DNA of 62,203 nt, filler included, from an uncultured virus (IMG/VR IMGVR_UViG_2049941000_000192) (Duplodnaviria; Heunggongvirae; Uroviricota; Caudoviricetes). It is 8 parts of one record of this genome, joined end to end, with 100 filler letters (N's around TTAATTAATTAA, not from the genome) between each part and the next. Parts side by side here need not be neighbours in the genome. Positions count along the whole stretch, not along the records: positions 13,583 to 35,671 come from IMGVR_UViG_2049941000_000192; 7 more parts are not named here. One strand, 5' to 3'. The translations under genes were made by a program, and so were the position numbers. Shown here one piece after another: positions 21,786 through 30,778 of this stretch (position 1 is its first letter; the number at the start of each line of letters is the position of its first letter). Below the pieces are notes generated by a model that was given only the letters and a program-made list of their open reading frames with translations, had not been told where the DNA came from and ran no database searches.

Positions 21786-22222
21786 TGAATATTTTAGCGG
21801 TTACACCTATTCGGCCGGGCACAATCATCTCCCCGTGCAATCTTGGCAAGATTCCGAGATTAGTTAGTGAGCTTGTGCCGGTACATGATGCGCGCGAAGT
21901 CAATATAAACATTAATCGTGCACGTTTGCAAAAGATGTTTGTAGAAAAGTATTTCGGCTTGTATGACTTTGTGCTCTTATTGGATAGCGATGTAGCTGTC
22001 GATTATCAGACGGTGCAATTACTAGTTGATGCTTGGAAACCCGGTACAGTTCCATGCGCAAACACGAAAGGTATACAGACAGATCATGTAGTCACGAGTT
22101 GCGCATTGATCTCACGTGCTGATTACCGAAATGTCAATTACGTGACTAATCCGTATACTTGTCAATGTATGAAATTGCCGAGCACTTTTTATGTCAAAGG
22201 TGCTTTGGCTAAAGAACTTTAA
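21785..22222 (+). CDS. Minimal GT-A-fold glycosyltransferase-like protein
   Basis: NINRAR...YDFVLLLDSDV (DxD motif)...SCALISR; TAATG-coupled to the tail gene. Confidence 0.6.
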   Translation: MNILAVTPIRPGTIISPCNLGKIPRLVSELVPVHDAREVNININRARLQKMFVEKYFGLYDFVLLLDSDVAVDYQTVQLLVDAWKPGTVPCANTKGIQTDHVVTSCALISRADYRNVNYVTNPYTCQCMKLPSTFYVKGALAKEL

Positions 22223-22237
22223 TAAGGAGAACCAACA

Positions 22238-22753
22238 ATGGCTAATATGTACAAGATGGCAAAAGCATTTGGGCGCGCAGCTCATGGCAACAGTAGTGAC
22301 GCTGCGAAGTACGCTAGACAATCATATGAACGTGATCTTCGCCGGTATGACAAAGATCCTAGCGCATCTGGCCGGGCCGAAGCATTTAATCGTGGAAGCG
22401 AAGAAAAGTTCATGGATGAACGCAACCTTACAGTAGATCGTGATGGTCGTCCTAGCGTTGAGATCGAGCGTGATGAACGTGTTATTGATCAGCACGGTGA
22501 TGCACGTACCGATGAAAACATGCAGAAAGAACTTAGCGATGCTTTTGATGAAGCTGCTGAACGTCATGGCTATGACAAGTGGCGCAAGGAAGCTGCGGAC
22601 AAGCCGGCCGATGATGGTATGGGCGGCGAGATTCATAATGTCGAACGCGAACTGACCGAAGACGAAGTGCGCCAGCGCATGATTGATGATCTTAAACGCG
22701 GCGCTGATATTTCGGATGTTCTCGAATTTGGGCGCGGTTTCTTCGAAAAATAA
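22238..22753 (+). CDS. Highly charged hypothetical protein, candidate internal head protein (YKMAKAFGRA N-terminus)
   Basis: AAGGAG RBS; N-terminus shared with 11795..12214. Confidence 0.55.
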   Translation: MANMYKMAKAFGRAAHGNSSDAAKYARQSYERDLRRYDKDPSASGRAEAFNRGSEEKFMDERNLTVDRDGRPSVEIERDERVIDQHGDARTDENMQKELSDAFDEAAERHGYDKWRKEAADKPADDGMGGEIHNVERELTEDEVRQRMIDDLKRGADISDVLEFGRGFFEK

Positions 22754-22936
22754 CAAATATCATCTTAAAAGTTCTATATTGAAATATTATCTTACTGGCC
22801 CATTTTCTTTTATAAAAACGCGAAAAANNNNNNNNNNTGAAAATTTTTTTTCAAATTTTATAAAGAATTTTAGGGCAGTAAGATATATTTTCAGTTTGAA
22901 GGTTTCAAGATTAATTTCTAAATACTGGATGCAAAT

Positions 22937-23204
22937 ATGGGAAAGTTTTCACCTGAACTGCTTAAATATATATATCGTACAAGCTTGGCGCAAATCCAGC
23001 TAGTGTTGCATATAAATTTGATGAATTGCCGGAAGTAGTACGTGATAATTGGTTAGCATCATTTGGCGATATACGTCAGAATGATTTTCTACGTAAATCT
23101 CCGCGCCTAGTAAAACGTGCCGAATTAAGCGGACTCGCATCTAACGTGTCTGGTGATTTTGTTCATCCATATGTTTCGACGGTATCGAATATTCAAGTAC
23201 CGGC
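22937..23204 (+). pseudogene. Frameshifted N-terminus of the HExxH protein ((AT)5 tract)
   Basis: Deleting one AT unit at 22966-22975 joins MGKFSPELLKYI to SYKLGANP...LPEVVRDNW. Confidence 0.5.
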
Positions 23205-23214
23205 NNNNNNNNNN

Positions 23215-23556
23215 GATGCTGCTTCCGCTTTTAGCGGTTGTTGGAAAATACCCGAAGCCCCTCTGTTTGACACTTCTAACGTGACAGTCATAGGTTCTAT
23301 GCTTTCGGGTTGCCGTGAGATTACGAAAATTCCGGACTATGATTTTTCCTCTGTCACTGGAGGTGTGAACTACTTTGCAGCGAATACTTATAAAGTAAAG
23401 GAAGGGATTCTCGAAACTTATAACAAACTTCTCGACAGGGGCACTTCCATCACATCACATACAGATACATTTCAGAATTGCGGACGTGACACTTCTCAAG
23501 GCCGTGCTGCACTCGCGCAGATTCCTCAGTCTTGGGGCGGTCTCGCGGAGGGATAA
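23215..23556 (+). CDS. BspA/LRR tail protein C-terminus (allele 2)
   Basis: Aligns without gaps to 14663..15004. Confidence 0.8.
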   Translation, partial: DAASAFSGCWKIPEAPLFDTSNVTVIGSMLSGCREITKIPDYDFSSVTGGVNYFAANTYKVKEGILETYNKLLDRGTSITSHTDTFQNCGRDTSQGRAALAQIPQSWGGLAEG

Positions 23557-23559
23557 TCC

Positions 23560-23796
23560 ATGCAGAAGCAGTGGATGGAGTTCCTCAAGCCCTTGGTGGT
23601 GGCATTGATAGCACTTGCCACCGCAGCCACGGCATATCTCCAGCGCACCGACAGCTCCGCCATGGACTCCCGCATGACGGCACTCGAGGTGCAGGTGCAG
23701 GAGATACAGCCATGGCGGAGCAAGGTGGACGGCCTCCTGTCAGACATACGCTCGGACGTGTCCTTCATCCGTGGCAAGATGGAGGCAGGTAAATGA
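23560..23796 (+). CDS. Holin-like membrane protein
   Basis: MQKQWMEFLKPLVVALIALAT...; homolog of 15008..15265. Confidence 0.5.
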   Translation: MQKQWMEFLKPLVVALIALATAATAYLQRTDSSAMDSRMTALEVQVQEIQPWRSKVDGLLSDIRSDVSFIRGKMEAGK

Positions 23797-23832
23797 CCGT
23801 CATACTCAAGTCGGCGCAGATTNNNNNNNNNN

Positions 23833-24330
23833 GAGAACGCAATCGAGACTGCCGAGGACTGGAACCCGGCTCATTGGACACAGACTACTGTCGCCGAGAT
23901 GATGGCCGGTGCAGGTGGCGGCGGCGGTAGCGCGGGCTATACACAACGCGATGTAACTGTCGGTGTTGAAGATGGCGTACATCCAGTAGTAGACGTGCAA
24001 AATCGTAGTGTCACCGTAGCCTCTACTTCTACTGGTAATGCGACTGTTCCATGGAAGATTATAATCGACAATGACTGTACTGATGCCATCATCATCCTTA
24101 AGTTTATTGGCTATACAATGAAACCCAGTAACATTACGATAACTCGTGCCAATAACAATCCATTGACTTTATATGGCACGAAAGGCCAAATGGTTAGCGC
24201 TGAAGTTAATGATGGCGGTTGTGGTTATGACTTTACTCCATTCTTCAATGGAGTAAATAGAGACCCGTGCGCTGAAGTGCTTATTCATATTTGTGGTGAT
24301 ACGGCGTTGCTGTCGTTTACAGTAGCATAG
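23833..24330 (+). CDS. Tail-associated protein with variable C-terminal domain (allele of 28454..29158), partial
   Basis: Shares NAIETAEDWNPAHWTQTTVAEMMA with 28454, then a GAGGGGGS linker and a divergent C-terminus. Confidence 0.6.
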   Translation, partial: ENAIETAEDWNPAHWTQTTVAEMMAGAGGGGGSAGYTQRDVTVGVEDGVHPVVDVQNRSVTVASTSTGNATVPWKIIIDNDCTDAIIILKFIGYTMKPSNITITRANNNPLTLYGTKGQMVSAEVNDGGCGYDFTPFFNGVNRDPCAEVLIHICGDTALLSFTVA

Positions 24331-24331
24331 T

Positions 24332-25105
24332 ATGTATACCGCCCTCCTCCTTACACGATACTTCCTGCAAGAAACCGACTTCGACGAGTGGGTCCAACAC
24401 CACTTGTCACTCGGGTTCTCGCACGTCCATGTCTTTGACAACGGGACGGTATTCGATTTGGAATCCACTTGTAAGAAGTATGGTGACAACGTATCGTATG
24501 AGAAGGTGGAAGGTCACGTATGCCAGTATGCGTTGTATGAGAAGTACATCAAGGGGTGCGATGCCGAGTACGTCATGCCGATAGATGATGACGAGTACCT
24601 GTCGCTCGGCACGTTCAAGTCCATCGGAGACTTGCTTGAGCACTTCGGCAAGCCGGACTGTTTCGGATTCAGGTGGAAGTACATGTTCCCGAAGCATTTC
24701 GGCAGGGTACGGAATGTTCCGGTACTTAGGTATTGTACTGAAAATGATACGACTGCGGCCAGATTTTTCTTTGGTGACAATACGATAAAGTGCATCGTAA
24801 AGTGCTCCGAATTCGTCCGCTACATGGATTCCGGTGAGAGCATGCAGCGAAACCACATTCCTGTCACGAAGCAGGACTTGGGGGCTCTACTTTGGGACGG
24901 ACGACGTACGACTTCGCAGACTGTGCATGACCTAAAGGATGAACCGGTACGACTTCTGCACTGCCCGTATAAAGGATATGACGAGTTCCTCAACACCCGT
25001 GGAAGTGATAGATACGGGGTATCGAGACAACGGGCTGTCATACGAAAGGGTAAGCTACACTTTTTGAAATGGTTGGAGAAAAACAATGAGCGACAAACAG
25101 CCTAA
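24332..25105 (+). CDS. Glycosyltransferase (Glyco_tranf_2_4 / GT92-like, GT-A fold)
   Basis: EWVQHHLSLGFSHVHVFDNG, PIDDDEYL, KCIVK, LLH motifs. Confidence 0.85.
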   Translation: MYTALLLTRYFLQETDFDEWVQHHLSLGFSHVHVFDNGTVFDLESTCKKYGDNVSYEKVEGHVCQYALYEKYIKGCDAEYVMPIDDDEYLSLGTFKSIGDLLEHFGKPDCFGFRWKYMFPKHFGRVRNVPVLRYCTENDTTAARFFFGDNTIKCIVKCSEFVRYMDSGESMQRNHIPVTKQDLGALLWDGRRTTSQTVHDLKDEPVRLLHCPYKGYDEFLNTRGSDRYGVSRQRAVIRKGKLHFLKWLEKNNERQTA

Positions 25106-25334
25106 CACTTGGATGGAGTTCCTCAAGCCCTTGGTGGTGGCATTGATAGCACTTGCCACAGCCGCCACGGCTTATCTCCAGCGCACCGACAGCTCCGCGA
25201 TGGACTCTCGCATGACGGCACTCGAGGTGCAGGTGCAGGAGATTCAACCGTGGAGGAGCAAGGTAGACGGGCTACTGTCCGACATACGCTCGGACGTGTC
25301 CTTCATCCGCGGCAAGATGGAGGCAGGTAAATGA
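25086..25334 (+). CDS. Holin-like membrane protein
   Basis: Same family as 15008/23560/29929. Confidence 0.5.
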   Translation: MSDKQPNTWMEFLKPLVVALIALATAATAYLQRTDSSAMDSRMTALEVQVQEIQPWRSKVDGLLSDIRSDVSFIRGKMEAGK

Positions 25335-25694
25335 CCGTCATACTCAAGTCGGCGCAGATTNNNNNNNNNNCATGTACAGAAATACTTCGGTATGTCCGGT
25401 GACCAAGAGTACCATCGCGGCAACAAGTATCGCTATGATTATAACACCTATTAACATTAATTACCTTCCAAACATATTTTCATCATGAAGCATGCGGCTT
25501 TCACGTGCTTCTGTTTCTTCAGGACTTTCGGTAAGTAAGTCCCATATCGTTGTAACTAATTCCCATACCAGCACGAATGGGAAGGCTATTAGCTTACCGA
25601 TGTTTATAAATAAGTATTTGATGCGTTTCATTTTGTCTCCTTGTAAAATGGATTCTTAACATTCATTNNNNNNNNNNTCGTTACTCCGTGGTAT

Positions 25695-26072
25695 ATGAAG
25701 CGCAGAGGTATGCGAAACGCGCGCACGCTCGGCGAGGACCTGACGAAAGCCCAGCAGGCCGTAGAAGATATTAAAGAGGTAGTCCCCTATAATAAATTGA
25801 GAGACTACGTTTTGCCGTATGTTACGAACAAGGCCGGAAAAACCGAAACAGTCCGCAACGTCCCCGGATTGTCGATTGTCGTCGATGACAAGGAAAAGGA
25901 AACCAAGCAGACGAAGAAGAAATCCGAAGCCAAGCGCACAAAATACGAGAAGTGGGCCTCGGGCCTCTCCATCCCCTTCCCCGGTGACAAGGACTTCGAG
26001 GAATTCCAGGAATGGAAGAAGAAGCAGACGCGAAAAATGATTCTCGGCAAGTACCTCGCGGAGGAGGACTAG
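25695..26072 (+). CDS. C-terminal fragment of large ejection-like virion protein (phage A)
   Basis: Allele of 6223..6577; stop abuts the MuF-like ATG. Confidence 0.5.
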   Translation: MKRRGMRNARTLGEDLTKAQQAVEDIKEVVPYNKLRDYVLPYVTNKAGKTETVRNVPGLSIVVDDKEKETKQTKKKSEAKRTKYEKWASGLSIPFPGDKDFEEFQEWKKKQTRKMILGKYLAEED

Positions 26073-26591
26073 ATGGCACGCCGCACCGGAAACATGGTCC
26101 TTGACGCGCTCCTCGCCGGCAACCCAGGCGCGAGGGCGTTCGACCGCGCGCTCGAGAACACCGAGCGCAACATGGGGCCCATCACGCTCATGGGAGGAGA
26201 GTCCGCCGCGGACGTGAACCCCAACGCCCTCTACAAGTCCAGCTACAAGCAGGCCATCAACCCCGGCGCATCGAAGGCCGGAACGTGCGACTATTGCCTG
26301 CGCTCAAACGGGCGCGTATTCCGCGGGGCCGACATCATCATGCAGGACGGGACGGTAGGACACCACCCTAACTGCAAGTGCATCTTCACGCTCACGCAGT
26401 CGCCCGTGTCCAACGGCGTCTACACCGGGGCGGATTTCGGCGCACGCAAGCAGCTCCGCACGAACTCCAACGCCCTCGACAGCGTGGCGACATCCGACCT
26501 CCGCGTCCTCGCGCAGAAGCGCGGACTCCGTTCCCGTGGCATCACCAACGACGCCCTCCGTAAATCCATTTTGAAATCCTACATGAAATAA
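26073..26591 (+). CDS. MuF/SPP1 gp7-like minor head protein domain
   Basis: TCDYC...NGRVF...HHPNCKC motif. Confidence 0.7.
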   Translation: MARRTGNMVLDALLAGNPGARAFDRALENTERNMGPITLMGGESAADVNPNALYKSSYKQAINPGASKAGTCDYCLRSNGRVFRGADIIMQDGTVGHHPNCKCIFTLTQSPVSNGVYTGADFGARKQLRTNSNALDSVATSDLRVLAQKRGLRSRGITNDALRKSILKSYMK

Positions 26592-26603
26592 GGAGCAAGA
26601 ATT

Positions 26604-27905
26604 ATGGCCTTGAGCACCACCCAATACGGCTACATCATCGACCCGCTCGTTCCGCTTACCGACGACACGGGGCGCACCATCTCGAACGGCTACGTCCGCG
26701 TGTTCGTGGCGGGGACTTCCACGCCGGTAATCACCTACAAGAACTTCGACGGGGCGGCCAACGAGGAGACCGTGCAGCTCGACAACAGCGGCCGCACCGC
26801 CTATCCCGTAATCGGGAGCAAGGGCAGCACGTACAAGGTGAGCGTCTACGACGCCGAGCACTCCCAGGAAACGCCCATCAAGACCATCGACAAGGTGGTC
26901 CCGACTGGCGCGAGCGTGAACGCGACGAACGTGGTGCAGGGATTGAACGCCGCCGAGGGTAGTGGATGGGTTAACGCAACCGTAACGGGCGGCGACACTA
27001 TGGAAATGAAGCTCGACGTGTCCGCCGTGCCCGACAACAAGGACACCATCGCGAAAATATTGGCGTCAAAGAATAATTTCATGGTGCCTCTTGTGTCCAA
27101 GGACGGGACGGCGGACGACGCGAAAATCTTGCTCGAGAAATTGACGGATGGCTTTTTTTTCAACGCGACCACGTCATCGCTTCCTTCCGCTTCCGACGTT
27201 TACGATGCGGTCGCGGGTCGCCTCGACCCGGTAATCTTTTTAAACACATCATCGGGAGGAGTTTCGCTCGTCGTAGCCTTGCGCCTGAACAAGTTCGATA
27301 ACGCCGGCGACACGAAGCGCATGGTGTTCTCGTCTACGGAATACGACAACAAGTTCTACGAGATTAAGTATGAATCCCAGAATGGCGGGACGACGTGGAC
27401 GAGCTCCTATTCTGTGCACGCGACCGCCATCATCGAGGGCGACGCGTTGAACACCCCGCCGGAAGGAACGAAGGTTCTCGCGGCGTACAACGAAGGCAAA
27501 ATCCCGGTCGTCAAAATCTTGACTTCCATCGGGGCTTATCAGGTGTACACCATGACGTATGCCAACACGTACGGGTCTACGTACAGACGCTTCTATTTCA
27601 ACTCTATAACGGCTCGCAACGGCACGGATAACGTGCTCAAGTACGAATCCAGCAATGGCGGCTCGTCTTTCACCGCGGACATCTCGCAGAGGAAGTATAC
27701 GCCGCGCGAAGCCATTGCTGGCGACTACGACACCTCTGGTGTGACGGAATACAACACGGGCGACCTCGTTTTTCACGAGGATGGCTACGGCGTGAACGGG
27801 CTTTTCCGTTGCAATGAGGACGAGGTGTCCGGGATTTGGAACGCATCGAAGTGGACATCGACCACTGTCGCGGCTGAACTGAAAAGACTCGCAGGTTTAA
27901 TTTAA
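26604..27905 (+). CDS. Tailspike/tail fibre with P22-type head-binding N-terminal domain (phage A)
   Basis: DDTGRTISNGYVRVFVAGTSTP...VQLDNSGR; internal duplicated domain (KYESQNGGTT / KYESSNGGSS); C-terminal YNTGDLV...WNASKW module. Confidence 0.75.
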   Translation: MALSTTQYGYIIDPLVPLTDDTGRTISNGYVRVFVAGTSTPVITYKNFDGAANEETVQLDNSGRTAYPVIGSKGSTYKVSVYDAEHSQETPIKTIDKVVPTGASVNATNVVQGLNAAEGSGWVNATVTGGDTMEMKLDVSAVPDNKDTIAKILASKNNFMVPLVSKDGTADDAKILLEKLTDGFFFNATTSSLPSASDVYDAVAGRLDPVIFLNTSSGGVSLVVALRLNKFDNAGDTKRMVFSSTEYDNKFYEIKYESQNGGTTWTSSYSVHATAIIEGDALNTPPEGTKVLAAYNEGKIPVVKILTSIGAYQVYTMTYANTYGSTYRRFYFNSITARNGTDNVLKYESSNGGSSFTADISQRKYTPREAIAGDYDTSGVTEYNTGDLVFHEDGYGVNGLFRCNEDEVSGIWNASKWTSTTVAAELKRLAGLI

Positions 27906-27915
27906 CAAAAAGGAA

Positions 27916-28440
27916 ATGAACATGAAAAAGTACATTCTCTCCATCAATTTCGGCAACGCCGGGAAGTACACCCTCACGGGCAACTCCGCCGCCGCTTCCT
28001 TCAACCCCTCCGCGCTCGTAGCCGCCGACAACGTGGAAACGCTCGTCTCCGGCAAGGTCGTGAAGCTATCCGGGGCCAACAAGTACCACATCACCCGTGC
28101 CCGCCTCGTTTCCACGGGTGCTCCCGGACTCGAATCCGGCTCCGGCGTGGCAGCTTCTCTTGATTGCGCCGTCGCGGTCGTGTCCGGCTCCTCGATGGTG
28201 GGCGACCCCATCGCGGAATTCAAGCTCGACATCAACCGCTGGAACGAATGGGAAGCGAAGGACATCTTCATCAACCACGACGAGGACCACCGCAAAGGCC
28301 AGGTCGTCGTCAAGACTACCTCGACTTTGTACGTCCACGACTTCAATGTGCAAACTGACTACATTGGAATGGAACTCGTTCCGACTCTAGAACTCGAAGT
28401 CGAGGCCGAATTCCTCACCGCTGACGACACCAACGTGTAA
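27916..28440 (+). CDS. Hypothetical virion-module protein
   Basis: Complete beta-rich ORF with AAGGA RBS in the tail cluster. Confidence 0.55.
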   Translation: MNMKKYILSINFGNAGKYTLTGNSAAASFNPSALVAADNVETLVSGKVVKLSGANKYHITRARLVSTGAPGLESGSGVAASLDCAVAVVSGSSMVGDPIAEFKLDINRWNEWEAKDIFINHDEDHRKGQVVVKTTSTLYVHDFNVQTDYIGMELVPTLELEVEAEFLTADDTNV

Positions 28441-28453
28441 CAAAGAGGAGAAT

Positions 28454-29158
28454 ATGAACAACAGTGCATCAATCTACAATGGAGGCGGAGTGGCCGAAAA
28501 AGTCATCGCCCCGAACTACACCAAGAAGACGTACGAGGCAAACTCCTACGTGATGCAGGACGGCGTGCTCTACACGAACCCGAACGCAATCGAGACTGCC
28601 GAGGACTGGAATCCGGCACACTGGACTCAGACTACAGTTGCTGAAATGATGGCAAGTGCCGGTAATAGCGGCTACACACAAGTTGATTTGACATTCGACA
28701 TAAACGCTACCAAGACAATTCCTGTTGGACAGAAGGAAGATGTGTCTGTTGACTGTACTGTTAAAGCTGCCGATAACCTGGTTATCCAACTCGCTGCAGA
28801 TTGTACAGATGCCGTAATTAGGCTTAGACGTCTCAATGCGGTAAGGTTCAATAGTTTCAGCGTAAGGAGAGGCGATAACTCAGTACCTATTTATGGTAAA
28901 CACATTGTGACAGATATAGTGACGTATGAATTGATTGCCAGCAACCGGGTTTTGCTTACATCAAATTATGAAGAAGGTGACCATGGTAGTGTAATTCCTG
29001 CTCTGCCGACAGATTTTTCTGAAATGGAGCTAAATTCAGACTCGATTGTCAATGATGTCAACACCAAAACTGTTGGGTCCGAACTCATTAATGCCAATTC
29101 TGCTGACTCGTGGTTGTTCGTAGTGAAAGGCCGTAATGTGATATGCTTGCCTAACTAA
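28454..29158 (+). CDS. Tail-associated protein with YEANSYV...WNPAHW module and variable C-terminal domain
   Basis: N-terminal module resembles the C-terminal module of 26604..27905; GAGGAG RBS. Confidence 0.6.
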   Translation: MNNSASIYNGGGVAEKVIAPNYTKKTYEANSYVMQDGVLYTNPNAIETAEDWNPAHWTQTTVAEMMASAGNSGYTQVDLTFDINATKTIPVGQKEDVSVDCTVKAADNLVIQLAADCTDAVIRLRRLNAVRFNSFSVRRGDNSVPIYGKHIVTDIVTYELIASNRVLLTSNYEEGDHGSVIPALPTDFSEMELNSDSIVNDVNTKTVGSELINANSADSWLFVVKGRNVICLPN

Positions 29159-29165
29159 TAACAGT

Positions 29166-29948
29166 ATGTACACTGCCATACTTCTCACAAGATACTTCAT
29201 GCGGGAATCCGACTTCAACGAGTGGGTACAGCAACACTTGTCACTCGGTTTCTCGCACGTACATGTCTTCGACAACGGGACTCAGTTTGACTTGAAGTCT
29301 GTTTGCAAGAAGTACGGGGACAGTGTGTCATACGAGAAAGTCGAGGGGCACGTCTGCCAGTACACACTTTACGAGAAGTGCATCAAGGCTTGCGATACCG
29401 AGTACGTCATGCCGATAGATGATGACGAGTACTTGTGGCTTGCACCGGAGTTCAAGACAATCGGCGACCTGCTGGAGCATTACGGAAACCCTGACTGCTT
29501 CGGTATCAGATGGAAGTACATGTTCCCGAAGCGGTTCAATGCCGTGCGAAACGTGCCCGTCTTAAAATATTGCACTGAACAAAACGAGCAGGCAGCGAAG
29601 TTCTTCTGTATGCGAGGCGACAGGATGGTTAAATGCATCGTCAAGCCTGACCAGTTTGTGAAGTACATTCCTGCCGACGATGGCAACATGCGCGATGTTA
29701 TACCCGTAACATTGTCTGACGAAGGTGCGTTACTCTGCGACGGGAGGCGAGTGAAAAGGCAGAACGTCACTATCGACGGGTATGAGCCGGTACGCCTTCT
29801 GCACTGCCCGTACAAAGGGTACGACGAGTTCCTGAATACGCGCGGCAGCGAGCGTCCCAGTGTGTGTAGACAGCGGTTATTTATGCGCAAGGACAACATG
29901 AGATTCTTGAAATGGTTGGAGGCAAACTATGAGCGACAAACAGCCTAA
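29166..29948 (+). CDS. Glycosyltransferase (Glyco_tranf_2_4 / GT92-like), allele 2
   Basis: Same motifs as 24332..25105 with a divergent central/C-terminal part. Confidence 0.85.
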   Translation: MYTAILLTRYFMRESDFNEWVQQHLSLGFSHVHVFDNGTQFDLKSVCKKYGDSVSYEKVEGHVCQYTLYEKCIKACDTEYVMPIDDDEYLWLAPEFKTIGDLLEHYGNPDCFGIRWKYMFPKRFNAVRNVPVLKYCTEQNEQAAKFFCMRGDRMVKCIVKPDQFVKYIPADDGNMRDVIPVTLSDEGALLCDGRRVKRQNVTIDGYEPVRLLHCPYKGYDEFLNTRGSERPSVCRQRLFMRKDNMRFLKWLEANYERQTA

Positions 29949-30177
29949 CACTTGGATGGAATTCCTCAAGCCCTTGGTGGTGGCATTGATAGCACTTGCC
30001 ACCGCCGCCACGGCTTATCTCCAGCGCACCGACAGCTCCGCGATGGACTCCCGCATGACTGCCCTCGAGGTGCAGGTGCAGGAGATACAGCCTTGGAGGA
30101 GCAAGGTGGACGGACTCCTCTCCGACATCCGCTCGGACGTTTCGTTCATCCGTGGCAAGATGGAGGCTGGCAAGTGA
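29929..30177 (+). CDS. Holin-like membrane protein
   Basis: Protein identical to 25086..25334. Confidence 0.5.
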   Translation: MSDKQPNTWMEFLKPLVVALIALATAATAYLQRTDSSAMDSRMTALEVQVQEIQPWRSKVDGLLSDIRSDVSFIRGKMEAGK

Positions 30178-30269
30178 CGGGGATGCCCGTCGCCTTCGGA
30201 ATACTGCTCGCCGTCGCCATCGTGGGCGGCAAGCTGTTCGACATCGACGACTGGAAAAGGAGGTAGGCC

Positions 30270-30777
30270 ATGGCCGTGACAATCCGTAACGCTATGCTCT
30301 CGCCGAGTCCTGCATGGGGTACGCGCAAGGACGGCTCGCACGTCCTCAACAACCAGTTCCTGCTCATAGTCCGAGCTGACCGCGACGGCTTGCTTCTAGA
30401 GCTCACCTTCACGCTCCGCGAGGGGTTCCGCTGCGACGGGCTCTCGGTNNNNNNNNNNNNNNNNNNNNNNNNNNNNNNNNNNNNNNNNNNNNNNNNNNNN
30501 NNNNNNNNNNNNNNNNNNNNNNNNNNNNNNNNNTAACGCGCTCTACAACGTGGCGGGGGCAGTGCATGACTGGCTCTACGCCACGAAGGGCTACTCCGTT
30601 TTGCGCCGCGAGGAGTGCGACGACATCTTCCGCGGGCTCCTCCGCGAGTCCGGCATCAGCAGGTTCAAGGCGGGATGCGCAGACAAGGCGGTCGAGTGGT
30701 TCGCGGGCGGAAAGAATCACTGGGGAAACGACGACTACAAGATAGCCGACAAGTGCTCCATGGTGGTGAGGTTCTAG
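30270..30777 (+). CDS. DUF1353-like protein, type A (gap inside)
   Basis: GFRCDGLS...AVHDWLY...REECDDIF. Confidence 0.75.
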
Positions 30778-30778
30778 C

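Noticed and set aside
12228..23556. Apparent fusion ORFs in the track (12228..13220, 15358..16482, 19442..20644, 23026..23556)
   Set aside because: They read through 10-N gaps joining unrelated contigs
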